Below are positions 19,343-28,215 of a stretch of 64,000 bases of DNA, piece after piece. A program made the position numbers and the translations under genes. The DNA is from a candidate division WOR-3 bacterium. Its GTDB lineage: Bacteria > Hydrothermota > Tepidihabitantia > Tepidihabitantales > Tepidihabitantaceae. Numbering within the stretch: position 1 is the stretch's first letter; each line of letters starts with the position of its first letter. The DNA is taken from assembly GCA_016867815.1 (NCBI GenBank), contig VGIR01000003.1, forward strand, positions 2,495 through 66,494, written 5' to 3'. A model generated the notes under the pieces. That model had not been told where the DNA came from and ran no database searches. It worked only from the letters and a program-made list of their open reading frames with translations.

Positions 19343-19408
19343 AACGCTATACGCCTCACCTACGGCGCTCAACGCCAGATATCGGCTTCCGGCGTCGAAC
19401 ATCAAGCG

Positions 19409-20089
19409 TCATGCGTCACGCGTCCCGCCGCAGGCCCGGACACACAGCCCGCAGATGTACTGGCTGACGTAGCGTTTGCTCTGGAACTCCTTGAGCATTG
19501 CGAAGCAGTCCAGATGCTTGAACTCGGTCTGAGTCTCACCGATGGCCTTGGCAGGGCAGGCCGTGATACAGGCACGGCACGAGCCACAACCGTTCTCAAG
19601 CGGGTGGTCGGGTTCGAGATCGAGGTCAGTCAGGATCGTTACCAGTCTGACTTGCGAGCCGAACCGCGGGGTGACAAGCAGGTTGTTGCGGCCGAGCCAG
19701 CCTAGCCCGGCTCCGACAGCGACACGCTTGTGCGACAGATGGCCCCGTTGGTTCTGCCAGTCAACGAGCTGAGATGCGGCGACGGGCAGCGCCAATGCTC
19801 CCAGGCTTTCAATCAGCGCGGCGAGGTCCAGCCCGAGCCGGTCCAGCGCGAAGTTGACCTGTCGGTAGTGGTGCTCGTATAGCTGGTTTGGATGGTCTTC
19901 GAGCGTTCCGAGAACTGCCGGGGACAAGTGTAGCGCGATGCTGATGGCATTCGGCAGGTCCCGAGTCGTCTTCTCCGGCAGGAGGAAGTCGTCGGTCTTG
20001 ATGTCATTGAGCCGGCAGACGCCGAAGCCAACCGCTCCCCGACTCTTGCACAGCTCCGCGAGTCCCTCTTTGGTCTCTTGTGGTATCAC
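19409..20089 (-). CDS. 4Fe-4S cluster protein, epoxyqueuosine reductase (QueG)-like C-terminal domain
   Basis: [16 protein letters not shown] and second Cys cluster CGLCVRACG; 226 aa is shorter than canonical QueG; overlaps mnmG by 4 nt. Confidence 0.55.
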   Translation of the reverse strand: MIPQETKEGLAELCKSRGAVGFGVCRLNDIKTDDFLLPEKTTRDLPNAISIALHLSPAVLGTLEDHPNQLYEHHYRQVNFALDRLGLDLAALIESLGALALPVAASQLVDWQNQRGHLSHKRVAVGAGLGWLGRNNLLVTPRFGSQVRLVTILTDLDLEPDHPLENGCGSCRACITACPAKAIGETQTEFKHLDCFAMLKEFQSKRYVSQYICGLCVRACGGTRDA

Positions 20090-22038
20090 TTGGGTCCCTT
20101 CAGGTAGGCGAGGAGCGCGAACACGGCTGCCGGCGTGATGCCCGTCATGCGCTGCGCCATACCAACTGAGGCGGGCCGATTGCGGGCCAGTCTCTCTCGG
20201 ACTTCGTTTGAAAGTCCGGGTACGCGACCGAAGTCGAGTCTCTCGGGGATCGCGATGGACTCCAGTTCTGCAAACTGACCGAGCTGGCGCTTCATCCGTT
20301 CGATGTAGCCCTCGTATTTCACCTCAAGCTCCACCAGTTCGACAACCTGGTTGCCGAACTGACCGCCATTCGCCATTTGGGCCAGGTCAGTCCATGTCAC
20401 TTCGGGTCTGCGCAGGAGCTCAATGGCTGGGACCGATTCGGCAATCGGCGTTGTGCCGAGCGCCTTGAGTTTCCTGTTGGCTCTGGGCGTGGCCCTGATA
20501 CGGGCCGAGGTGAGCCACTTCGTCGCCTCGTCACACTGGTGCTGTTTCTCCTGAATGCGGCTGTACTGCTTCCCCGTGAGCAGGCCGAGTTCGTATGCGC
20601 GCGGACCGAGGCGCAGGTCGGCGTTGTCTTCACGCAGGAGCAGGCGATACTCGACTCGGGCAGTGAACATCCGGTACGGCTCGTCCGTGCCCTTGGTGAC
20701 GAGGTCGTCAATCATCACCCCGATGTACGAGTCGGCGCGGGTCAGAACGAGTGGCGGTTTCTCCAGCACGCGCAGCGCGGCATTGGCGCCCGCGACAAGC
20801 CCCTGGGCCGCGGCTTCCTCGTACCCGGTGGTGCCGTTTATCTGTCCGGCAAAGTAGAGATTGCGGATGGGGCGGGTTTCGAGTGTAGGGTAGAGCTGGG
20901 TCGGGTCAGAATAGTCGTGCTCGATGGCGTAACCCGGCCTGAGCATCCGGCAATCCTCAAGCCCTTTGATAGAATGGAGCATCCGAAGCTGCAGGTGGAC
21001 CGGTAGGCTCGTCGAGATGCCGTTCGGGTAGCATTCGACCGTGTCCGTGCCTTCGGGTTCGATGAAGATGTGATGACGGTCGCGGTCAGAGAACTTCACG
21101 ACCTTGTCCTCAATGGATGGGCAGTACCTGACGCCTTGCCCCTTGATGACGCCCGAGTAGAGCGGAGACTGCTTCAGGCCCGCACGGACGATGCGGTGCG
21201 TAGTCGGGTTCGTATAGGTGACGTAGCAGCTTGTCTGGTTCTGCGGTGGAGCGTCGGTCCAGTCCGAGAACGGAACCGGCGGCTCATCACCATCCTGCCG
21301 GATCATAGCCTTCAGGTCCAGCGACCGCATGTCCAGCCGCGCCGGTGTACCGGTCTTGAACCGACCGATACTGAATCCCAGTTCGCGCAGGTTCGCGCCC
21401 AGCCTCTGTGCCGGCGCCTCGCCCAGGCGGCCGGCCGGAAAGCTGGTGAGCCCGATATGGACGAGACCGTTCAGGAACGTGCCCGGCGCGAGCACGACTG
21501 TCTTCGCCCGCAACTGCTCTCCCAGCTCCGTCTCGACCCCCACGCACGTCCTGCCCTTCACCAATACTCTCGCCACCGTGCCTTGGTGCAAAAGAGGTCT
21601 GCCCGCCCCTTTGGTTCGGTTCGTCCTTCTGTGTGTCTCCGGCGCTCTGGATTCTGGACTCTCGTCTCTGAATTCTGGACTATCCTCTCCCGATGTCCCT
21701 TCCAGCAGTTGCTTGACCAACCTGCGATACAGCTGTCTATCCACCTGCGCCCGCGACGACCGCACCGCCCGTCCCTTGCTCGTGTTCAGTTGGCGGAAGT
21801 GGATGCCGGCTCTGTCAGTCAGTTGCCCCATCGCACCGCCCATGGCGTCCAGTTCGCGCACCAGTTGTCCCTTGCCGATGCCGCCGACCGCGGGGTTGCA
21901 TGACATCAGGCCGATGGTGTCGAGGTTCTGGGTTACGAGCAGAGTCGAGCAGCCCATCCGGGCCGCGGCCAGCGTCGCCTCGACGCCGGCATGCCCGGCC
22001 CCGACTACTACCACGTCATACGTTTCCTGGTGCTTCAA
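20086..22038 (-). CDS. mnmG: tRNA uridine 5-carboxymethylaminomethyl modification enzyme MnmG (GidA)
   Basis: FAD-binding GAGHAGVEA, MnmG conserved blocks throughout; contains about 30-aa low-complexity insertion encoded by in-frame heptamer array at 21646-21688. Confidence 0.9.
   Translation of the reverse strand: MKHQETYDVVVVGAGHAGVEATLAAARMGCSTLLVTQNLDTIGLMSCNPAVGGIGKGQLVRELDAMGGAMGQLTDRAGIHFRQLNTSKGRAVRSSRAQVDRQLYRRLVKQLLEGTSGEDSPEFRDESPESRAPETHRRTNRTKGAGRPLLHQGTVARVLVKGRTCVGVETELGEQLRAKTVVLAPGTFLNGLVHIGLTSFPAGRLGEAPAQRLGANLRELGFSIGRFKTGTPARLDMRSLDLKAMIRQDGDEPPVPFSDWTDAPPQNQTSCYVTYTNPTTHRIVRAGLKQSPLYSGVIKGQGVRYCPSIEDKVVKFSDRDRHHIFIEPEGTDTVECYPNGISTSLPVHLQLRMLHSIKGLEDCRMLRPGYAIEHDYSDPTQLYPTLETRPIRNLYFAGQINGTTGYEEAAAQGLVAGANAALRVLEKPPLVLTRADSYIGVMIDDLVTKGTDEPYRMFTARVEYRLLLREDNADLRLGPRAYELGLLTGKQYSRIQEKQHQCDEATKWLTSARIRATPRANRKLKALGTTPIAESVPAIELLRRPEVTWTDLAQMANGGQFGNQVVELVELEVKYEGYIERMKRQLGQFAELESIAIPERLDFGRVPGLSNEVRERLARNRPASVGMAQRMTGITPAAVFALLAYLKGPK
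21646..21688. repeat. TCTGGAC-type heptamer tandem array (6 units, 42 nt) in frame inside mnmG
   Basis: tctggattctggactctcgtctctgaattctggactatcctc encodes [14 protein letters not shown] on minus strand, absent from canonical MnmG. Confidence 0.8.
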
Positions 22039-22092
22039 GGTCGAGGTGATTCTAAGTGCTTGGGTGTCTGAGTCAACGCAGCCGCACGATAT
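21961..22092. repeat. reference copy: mnmG 5' end plus divergent promoter region (template of three downstream duplicate copies)
   Basis: ccagcgtcgcctcgacgccggcatgcccggccccgac... aligns with copies at 22848, 23730 and 26980. Confidence 0.85.
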
Positions 22093-22120
22093 TGACTTTC
22101 TCTACCAGCAAGTTACAGTG
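22093..22120 (+). promoter_or_regulatory. putative promoter of cassette 1 (TTGACT N16 TACAGT)
   Basis: atTTGACTttctctaccagcaagtTACAGTgactgcgagATG. Confidence 0.45.
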
Positions 22121-22128
22121 ACTGCGAG

Positions 22129-22449
22129 ATGACGTCCAAAGTCGGACAGGTGCTTGCCGAACTCCGCGCTAGACTGCGAGAGCTGTACGGCGAACGGCTG
22201 GTGAGGCTTGTGCTGTTCGGCTCGCAGGCACGCGGCGACGCCCGGCCGGATTCAGACATAGACGTAGTGGTCGTGCTTCGAGGAGACGTCGATGTCGAGG
22301 TGGAGCGGCGGCGTGTGCTGCCGATCACGGCTGAGTTGTCGCTGGAGCACAATGTCGTAATCCTTTGCGTGTACCTGTCGGAGCGTCGCTTCGGTCAGGA
22401 ACAGAGTCTGCTGCTCCGTAACGTTCGAACGGAAGGCATCGCGGTGTGA
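22129..22449 (+). CDS. nucleotidyltransferase (MNT-type antitoxin of HEPN/MNT module)
   Basis: GS...D...D motif LFGSQARGDARPDSDIDV typical of minimal nucleotidyltransferases. Confidence 0.75.
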   Translation: MTSKVGQVLAELRARLRELYGERLVRLVLFGSQARGDARPDSDIDVVVVLRGDVDVEVERRRVLPITAELSLEHNVVILCVYLSERRFGQEQSLLLRNVRTEGIAV

Positions 22450-22841
22450 ACGAACAGCAGAGAGCGCTGCTGGCGAAGGCGCGTGAGAGCCTGGACGTTG
22501 CCCGCGAGATTGACGCTCGCGGGAGCCATGGATTTGCCGCGTCGCGTGCCTACTACGCCATGTTCTACGTGGTCGAAGCGCTGCTGCTCGACGACGGGCT
22601 TGAGTATGGCAGTCACTCGGCGCTCATCGCTGCCTTCGGCGAGAGATTCCAGAAACCAGGTCGTGTCCCCGCGGGTTTCCATCGGATGTTGCTGGACGCG
22701 GCGGAATGTCGGCAACTCGGTGACTACGAGGTCAACGTTGAGGTCAGCGCAGGCATGGCGGGCGAGCAGATAGCGAACGCTCAGCGGTTCGTCGACCTCG
22801 CGCAGGGAATGCTCGGCTCGTCAACCGAGAACGCGCGCTAG
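22446..22841 (+). CDS. HEPN domain protein (toxin partner of MNT)
   Basis: 4-nt overlap with MNT gene; 131 aa helical protein with Rx4-6H-like HEPN signature region. Confidence 0.7.
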   Translation: MNEQQRALLAKARESLDVAREIDARGSHGFAASRAYYAMFYVVEALLLDDGLEYGSHSALIAAFGERFQKPGRVPAGFHRMLLDAAECRQLGDYEVNVEVSAGMAGEQIANAQRFVDLAQGMLGSSTENAR

Positions 22842-22847
22842 AACGGG

Positions 22848-22975
22848 CCAGCGCCGCCTCGACGCCGGCATGCCCGGCCCCGACCACGATCACGTCATAT
22901 GCCTGCTGCATCGTCCCGCTGATTCTAGATGTTCAGACATGCGAGTCAAACCGGCGACGGCGGAGACGCCCAAGG
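22848..22975. repeat. degenerate duplicate copy 1 of mnmG promoter + first ~26 codons
   Basis: reverse strand encodes [22 protein letters not shown] preceded by TTGACT N16 TAGAAT, matching the mnmG start region. Confidence 0.85.
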
Positions 22976-23001
22976 CCCCAAGTGTCTCCGGCGGCCTTCG
23001 C

Positions 23002-23029
23002 TTTGACTTGACTCCATGACGCAGTATGA
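23002..23029 (+). promoter_or_regulatory. putative promoter of cassette 2 (TTGACT N16 TATGAT)
   Basis: tTTGACTtgactccatgacgcagTATGATgtcc. Confidence 0.5.
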
Positions 23030-23044
23030 TGTCCGCAGCGAATC

Positions 23045-23323
23045 ATGATAGCCAAGAAGGACCGAGACACGATTGCCGAGGTCGCACGCGAGTACGGCGC
23101 GGCCAAGGTCGTGCTGTTCGGCTCGGCAACCTCCGAAGACCGCGAACCAAACGACATCGACTTGGGCGTCAAGGGGATCGAGTCGAGGCTCTTCTTCCGG
23201 TTCTATGGCGAGTTGATGATGCGCCTATCCAAGCCCGTAGACGTCATTGATCTTTCGGTCCGTTCCCGATTCGTGGAGCTGGTCGAGCGCGACGGCGTTG
23301 TGCTATATGCCTCAACTTCGTGA
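23045..23323 (+). CDS. nucleotidyltransferase (MntA-like antitoxin)
   Basis: LFGSATSEDREPNDIDLGV motif. Confidence 0.7.
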   Translation: MIAKKDRDTIAEVAREYGAAKVVLFGSATSEDREPNDIDLGVKGIESRLFFRFYGELMMRLSKPVDVIDLSVRSRFVELVERDGVVLYASTS

Positions 23324-23729
23324 GCGTCTACTGGCCGAAAAGGAGAACGTCGAGCTTGCGCTGACCAATCTCAGTTGTGCGATGGCGCGCACGGACCGGA
23401 CAGTCGTGGAGTTGACGGCTGCGGCGAGCTTCATCAGCAGCGTCTACAACGGAATAGAGAACATGCTGAAGCAGATACTCGCAGACCGCTCAATTGACAT
23501 ACCAAAGTCCGGCATGTGGCATCAGGAGTTGCTCAAACGCTCCGTCGCTGCTGAGGTCGTTTCGCCCGAGCTGGCGCAGGAGCTCAAGGAGTACCTGGGC
23601 TTCCGTCACTTCTTTGTCCATGGCTACGGTTTCATGGTGACCGAGTCGCCTCTTCAGGACTTGGCTTCGCGGCTGCCCGACGTCTGGGCGCGGTTCATGT
23701 CCGAGATCGGCCACGCCCTGGGCGACTAG
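23307..23729 (+). CDS. HepT-like HEPN toxin (DUF86-like)
   Basis: overlaps MNT stop; C-terminal RHFFVHGYG resembles HepT Rx4-6H motif; start chosen at ATG 23307 rather than track start 23247. Confidence 0.6.
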   Translation: MPQLRERLLAEKENVELALTNLSCAMARTDRTVVELTAAASFISSVYNGIENMLKQILADRSIDIPKSGMWHQELLKRSVAAEVVSPELAQELKEYLGFRHFFVHGYGFMVTESPLQDLASRLPDVWARFMSEIGHALGD

Positions 23730-23845
23730 CCAGCGCCGCCTCGACGCCGGCATGTCCGGCCCCGACCACAATCACATCACACGTCTGCTCGCGCTTCATT
23801 GTCCCGCTGATTCTAGGTATTCACAGGCCTGAGTCAAACCGCCGC
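23730..23845. repeat. degenerate duplicate copy 2 of mnmG promoter + 5' codons
   Basis: reverse strand encodes [24 protein letters not shown]. Confidence 0.85.
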
Positions 23846-23850
23846 TCAGC

Positions 23851-23879
23851 TTGACTTTGGTGGGAGTCGGATGCACAAT
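23851..23879 (+). promoter_or_regulatory. putative promoter of cassette 3 (TTGACT N17 CACAAT)
   Basis: cTTGACTttggtgggagtcggatgCACAATgcc. Confidence 0.45.
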
Positions 23880-23935
23880 GCCACGTGGAGACACGTGAAG
23901 CCGCTACCGACCTCTGGAGGGAGAACGACTACACG

Positions 23936-24733
23936 ATGGCCGCCGTTGCCTACTTTGACATGTTCGGCTTCTCTGTCTACCTGCGGAGGAGCGACACGAA
24001 GATCCGCGACGTGCTGACTTGGCTTGATGAGCTGGACCGAGAGACGGACGAGGGGCTCAAACGACGCCACTGCGCATCACAACTCAAGTCGGCTGTCTTC
24101 TCAGACTGCATGGTACGTGCTCTTCCGGTAGGTATCAGCGCGGCAACTTCTGTAGAAACGCTCCTGCTGGATGCTATCCGTGTTCAGAGGCGGTTGACTG
24201 CCACCGTGTGGACACGAAAGGACCAGGAGTTTCATCGGCCTGAGCTTCCGGTGCGAGGCGGCATCAATGTCGGGCAGCTCTACTGGGGCGGACGGCACGT
24301 CTTTGGAGAAGCGCTCGTGGAGGCCGTTGACCTTGAGAAGAAGATGGCGGTCTGGCCGCGCGTGGTCGTGGACCTCGACGTTGAGCTGGACCAGGTTGAT
24401 GAGTGGAGGTACCCGCCGGGTTTCACCGACTTCTTCGCTTGTGGAATTGACGGGTTTCCGCTGCTTCTAGAAGACAACGGGGTCAGATATCTGAACTACC
24501 TCGCGCCTATACAGACGGAGTTTGGCGAGTGGAGTGACATGCAGTTCTACAACAAGTACCTGCGCGACCACAAGTCACTGATCCTCAAGTTCCGTGAATC
24601 CGTCCAGAGGTCCAGCCAGATGATGTGCATCGAGGGCTGGGCGGAGTATCACAACTCTGTCGTGCGACACCTCAAAGAAGACAGACATGCGTCGAGCTAC
24701 TTGAGCAAGAAGGAGCTACTCGTCGATCTGTGA
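23936..24733 (+). CDS. class III nucleotidyl-cyclase-homology-domain protein with unknown C-terminal domain (candidate signalling cyclase)
   Basis: motif order AVAYFDMFGFS (FxDxxGF[ST]), about 45 aa later VFSDCMV (xGDxxM-like), then RGGINVGQLYWGG (RIGIHxGxVxxG-like) reproduces the spacing of adenylyl/guanylyl cyclase catalytic domains; start moved to ATG 23936 because track start 23885 abuts the -10 box. Confidence 0.5.
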   Translation: MAAVAYFDMFGFSVYLRRSDTKIRDVLTWLDELDRETDEGLKRRHCASQLKSAVFSDCMVRALPVGISAATSVETLLLDAIRVQRRLTATVWTRKDQEFHRPELPVRGGINVGQLYWGGRHVFGEALVEAVDLEKKMAVWPRVVVDLDVELDQVDEWRYPPGFTDFFACGIDGFPLLLEDNGVRYLNYLAPIQTEFGEWSDMQFYNKYLRDHKSLILKFRESVQRSSQMMCIEGWAEYHNSVVRHLKEDRHASSYLSKKELLVDL

Positions 24734-24753
24734 AAGAGGAAGGGAGCAAGCAT

Positions 24754-25827
24754 ATGAGGACTGCGTATCTGGCTGTGATAGCCGTGACAGCGCTGCTGGC
24801 GCTGCTTTCCTGCGACCAACAAGCCGAGCACGCCGGCCTATTCCCGGTGAGGGTCAGTGGGAAGTGGGGCTACATCGACAAGAGCGGCGCGATGGTCATC
24901 GACACCCTGTTTGATGAAGCGAGGGACTTCTCCGATGGCCTGGCGTTGGTACGCAAGGGCGGCAAGTATGACTACATAGACGTTACTGGCAAGCTGGTAA
25001 CCGATCTGCAGTTCGAGAACTGCTACTACTCGGACTTTACTGACGGGCTAGCGGCCGTCATTGTGTCCGTCTCGGACAGCCTCCATCAGTCGCAAACATG
25101 TGGCTACATTGACAAGACGGGCAGCCTTGCCATCGACACTGTGTTCTTGTACGGCCACCCTTTCACTGAGGGTTATGCAGCGGTGCTTGTCGACCAGTCC
25201 CTGTGGAGGTGGGGGTACATAGACAAGACCGGCAGGTTCGTCATAGCCGCGCAGTTCAGTGGCGCGGAGTCCTTCTCCGAGGGGCTGGCTGCCGTACTCG
25301 TCGGCGGGTGGAGCGACGGCAGGTATGGCTTCATCGACAAGACAGGCAGGCTCGTCATCAACCCTCAGTTCAGCCAAGTTGGCGATTTCTCCGAGGGCTT
25401 CGCGCCGGTTTGCGTCGCCGTTGGCGACTCCTTCAAGTGGGGCTTTGTCGGCAAGACCGGAAAGCTAGTCATCGATCCGCAGTTCGGGTACGCGTTTCCT
25501 TTCTCTGAGGGCTTGGCCGCGGTGATTGTCGGCGACTACAATACGGGGAAGGGCGGTTTCATCGACAAGACGGGCAAGCTCGTCGTCAGCCCGCAGTTTG
25601 ACTTCTATGGGAATGTCCCCGGTCCATACTCTGAGGGTCTCGCGGCAGTGATGGTCGGCGGACTATGGGGCTACATTGACCAAGCTGGAAGGTACGTGGT
25701 GAACCCTCAGTTCCTCGAAGCCCAGCCTTTTTCCGGTGGACTGGCGCGGGTCTGTACGGACTGGAGCGGGCCTACGCTCGGCTACATAGACAAGACGGGG
25801 AAGTACGTGTGGACGCCGACGAAGTAG
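24754..25827 (+). CDS. WG-repeat (KWGYIDKSG) lipoprotein
   Basis: lipobox LLALLSC; about 9 repeats of [KR]WGYIDKTG...F..A..FSEGLA. Confidence 0.7.
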   Translation: MRTAYLAVIAVTALLALLSCDQQAEHAGLFPVRVSGKWGYIDKSGAMVIDTLFDEARDFSDGLALVRKGGKYDYIDVTGKLVTDLQFENCYYSDFTDGLAAVIVSVSDSLHQSQTCGYIDKTGSLAIDTVFLYGHPFTEGYAAVLVDQSLWRWGYIDKTGRFVIAAQFSGAESFSEGLAAVLVGGWSDGRYGFIDKTGRLVINPQFSQVGDFSEGFAPVCVAVGDSFKWGFVGKTGKLVIDPQFGYAFPFSEGLAAVIVGDYNTGKGGFIDKTGKLVVSPQFDFYGNVPGPYSEGLAAVMVGGLWGYIDQAGRYVVNPQFLEAQPFSGGLARVCTDWSGPTLGYIDKTGKYVWTPTK

Positions 25828-26012
25828 GGCAAGATGGCTCCCAGCGCTAGTGCAGGCGGCGTCACTGGCTGAGATGGGCGGCCCAATGCATCCATGGTGC
25901 TCGCACCTGAGCGGAGTCTTCAACCGGTCGGTTATGGCTGAGGACCGTAGGCAGAAGCGCTGGACGTGAGTCTGTCGCTCCGAGACTTGAATGCCCTCGA
26001 CGGACGCCAAGC

Positions 26013-26930
26013 ATGAGCAAGGTGTTTGCGGAGACATCAACTCCGCCGGTTGCTGGTAAAGCCGTGTGCTGTGTCATTGGTCCAGTGGGCGACCCTGGCA
26101 CGCCCGTCCGCCTGCGTGCCGACTTGGTCTTCGAGCGAATCTTCTCGCCTGCTGCGGATCATTGCGGGTTCTCCGCGTGGCGCGCGGACCGCAGCGTTCT
26201 CCCCGGTCGCATACCTGACGAAGTGCTCCACCACCTGTATGACGACCCCGTCGTGATAGCAGACCTGACGGGGAACAACGGCAGTGTGGCCTACGAACTT
26301 GCAGTCCGCGACTTCTACGGCAAGCCGACCGTTGCTGTCATCGACGAGGGACAGCGCATTCCGTTCTACCAGTCTCAAGTCCGCGTGATCAGGATCAGTC
26401 ATCTGACTGAAGAGGCGATCGAGCGTAGCGTTGCCTCCGTCTCAGCATCGATTGGTGACGCAGTGCGTGCCGCTGTCGTGGCAGACAGCCCGTTCGCAGA
26501 GGCGGTCAGGCTGCGCGACACCCGGCTGAGCGGAGCCGAGGCCAAAGGCGTGTACCTCTATTGCGTAGACCTCGACCTTCATCGCCAGATTCGGGATTTT
26601 CTTGCAGGCCACGGGGTGGCGATTGTCGCGAGGGATGAGCGGCAGGGTCGATTGGGGGGCACTCCAGCGCTGATGCGTGAGATTTGCTGCCAGGCGGCCG
26701 CGGCCGTTGTCGTAATGCGCCGCGACGCGAGAGGTCAGCCGCTGTCTGACACTGACTACGTGCTGGGGGCGGCACAGGCAGCATTCGGCATGGACCGCGT
26801 GATCGCCATGCTGGAGGTGGGCGCAGGATGGCAGGGCCACCTCGCTGGGTACTGGCATGGCTTCCGCAGAGACCCGCTCGACCTCAGCAGCCTCAGGCTT
26901 CGCCTGCTGGAGATGGGACTGGTGAAGTGA
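26013..26930 (+). CDS. hypothetical protein with two tandem nucleoside 2-deoxyribosyltransferase-like (NDT/TIR-like Rossmann) repeats
   Basis: N-half VIADLTGNNGSVAYELAVRDFYGKPTVAVID resembles NDT signature (D..G.n.G...E.G.A...GKP); C-half DYVLGAAQAAFGMDRVIAM is a degenerate second copy lacking the Glu. Confidence 0.5.
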   Translation: MSKVFAETSTPPVAGKAVCCVIGPVGDPGTPVRLRADLVFERIFSPAADHCGFSAWRADRSVLPGRIPDEVLHHLYDDPVVIADLTGNNGSVAYELAVRDFYGKPTVAVIDEGQRIPFYQSQVRVIRISHLTEEAIERSVASVSASIGDAVRAAVVADSPFAEAVRLRDTRLSGAEAKGVYLYCVDLDLHRQIRDFLAGHGVAIVARDERQGRLGGTPALMREICCQAAAAVVVMRRDARGQPLSDTDYVLGAAQAAFGMDRVIAMLEVGAGWQGHLAGYWHGFRRDPLDLSSLRLRLLEMGLVK

Positions 26931-26979
26931 GGCGGGCCATCCGGTCGCCCGCCGCTATCGTTCGTTCGTTAGCGACTCA

Positions 26980-27095
26980 CCGCGCCGCTTCGACGCCGGC
27001 ATGCCCGGCCCCGACGACAATCACATCATACGTCTGCTTGCGCTTCATGGACTCGCTGATTCTAGGAGTTCGCAGGCCTGATTCAGACCGCCGCG
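26980..27095. repeat. degenerate duplicate copy 3 of mnmG promoter + 5' codons (possibly the ancestral pre-insertion copy)
   Basis: reverse strand encodes [22 protein letters not shown]; closest to copy 2. Confidence 0.8.
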
Positions 27096-27099
27096 CGGC

Positions 27100-27128
27100 T
27101 TGACTTCTCGGAGAATCTGATTCACAAT
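27100..27128 (+). promoter_or_regulatory. putative promoter (TTGACT N17 CACAAT)
   Basis: cTTGACTtctcggagaatctgattCACAATgcc; the track ATG at 27127 lies inside the -10 box. Confidence 0.4.
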
Positions 27129-27237
27129 GCCGAGTGGCAAGATGCTACGCTTCTTCCGGCTGCTGGTCTGTGCCAGAGTCGGAAATGTGCGAATGGCGGG
27201 CATCCCACACTGCCGCAACCGTGGGAGGCGCCAGACG

Positions 27238-27645
27238 ATGAGACGCGTATACAGATTGAACGGTGCACAGGTGGGAGTCCTCTGCGGAATCACGGCAGTA
27301 GTGTCATTCCTGATAATCTGGGGTGGTACCGGGTCTACGCAGTTCTACAAGTATCAGACTGAGGACGACGTGTGGACAGCAACCGTTCTCGCCAGCTCCG
27401 TCGGTGGCTTCAAGGGGTTGTGGGACTCGGGGACCCGCAACTACTGCACGTATCTCGACTGTAGCGACGGACAGACACGCAAGTTCTACCTCACGCGCTC
27501 CATCAACCATTACTTTCTGGATTCCGAGAAGCACCCTCTTGAACGAATCGCGCTTGTGGTCGTGCTGGTTGGAGTCATGCTCATCTACACGCTGGGATGG
27601 GCAGTCCAACGCAGACTGCGGGATGACTCAGTTGTTGCTAGGTGA
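27238..27645 (+). CDS. hypothetical small membrane protein (start uncertain; track start 27127 rejected)
   Basis: two TM helices; alternative starts 27142/27193. Confidence 0.4.
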   Translation: MRRVYRLNGAQVGVLCGITAVVSFLIIWGGTGSTQFYKYQTEDDVWTATVLASSVGGFKGLWDSGTRNYCTYLDCSDGQTRKFYLTRSINHYFLDSEKHPLERIALVVVLVGVMLIYTLGWAVQRRLRDDSVVAR

Positions 27646-27671
27646 AGCGTGTTATCAAGGAGGCAGTTCCT

Positions 27672-28199
27672 ATGAAGTCACGTCACAGCGGCCCGGCTAT
27701 TCTGGTGCTGGTTCTTGTATCGCTGGCGGGAGGGCAGAGCCTAACGGAGGTACTGACCGTGGAGGTCGAAGGACAGACCTATGGCGCGGCGTGGCTCGGT
27801 CCGGGTGCTTTTGGCGGCGTGACGGGCCTCGTCTCGACTGGGCAGACCAAGATATGGAAGGGATTTCGGGGCGGCCTGCCTGTATCCGAGGCCGAGTTCT
27901 ACCGCACGGCTGGCTACAACGACATCGCGGAGAAGGCCGAGTCGAGAAAGGGCACAAGCGACTGCCTGACGTGGGGCGGACTCGGCACATGCATTGCAGG
28001 ACTCGCATTGCTGGTCGTAGCCGCCGTCAAGGTGGGTGAATCGGGTGAGGGTCAGCCGGGCCTAGCTATCGCCGGAGTGGGCGGCGCTCTCGGAGGACTG
28101 ACCGTGGAGTTGATAGGTGTCTCGATGCGGGGTCATCTGACGCCAGCCAGCTTCGCGGTCCGCGTCGCCGAGGAATACAACGATCGCCTCAGGCGGTAG
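27672..28199 (+). CDS. hypothetical secreted/membrane glycine-rich protein
   Basis: signal peptide AILVLVLVSLAGG, Gly-rich C-terminal TM segments. Confidence 0.45.
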   Translation: MKSRHSGPAILVLVLVSLAGGQSLTEVLTVEVEGQTYGAAWLGPGAFGGVTGLVSTGQTKIWKGFRGGLPVSEAEFYRTAGYNDIAEKAESRKGTSDCLTWGGLGTCIAGLALLVVAAVKVGESGEGQPGLAIAGVGGALGGLTVELIGVSMRGHLTPASFAVRVAEEYNDRLRR

Positions 28200-28215
28200 G
28201 TAGGCTGGACTGGCA

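Noticed and set aside
27127-27237. Track start codon ATG 27127 for the first post-cassette gene
   Set aside because: This ATG lies inside the predicted -10 hexamer (CACAATG) of the promoter shared by all copies, so it cannot be on the transcript as a start. Downstream ATGs at 27142/27193/27238 are more plausible. The true start is unresolved.
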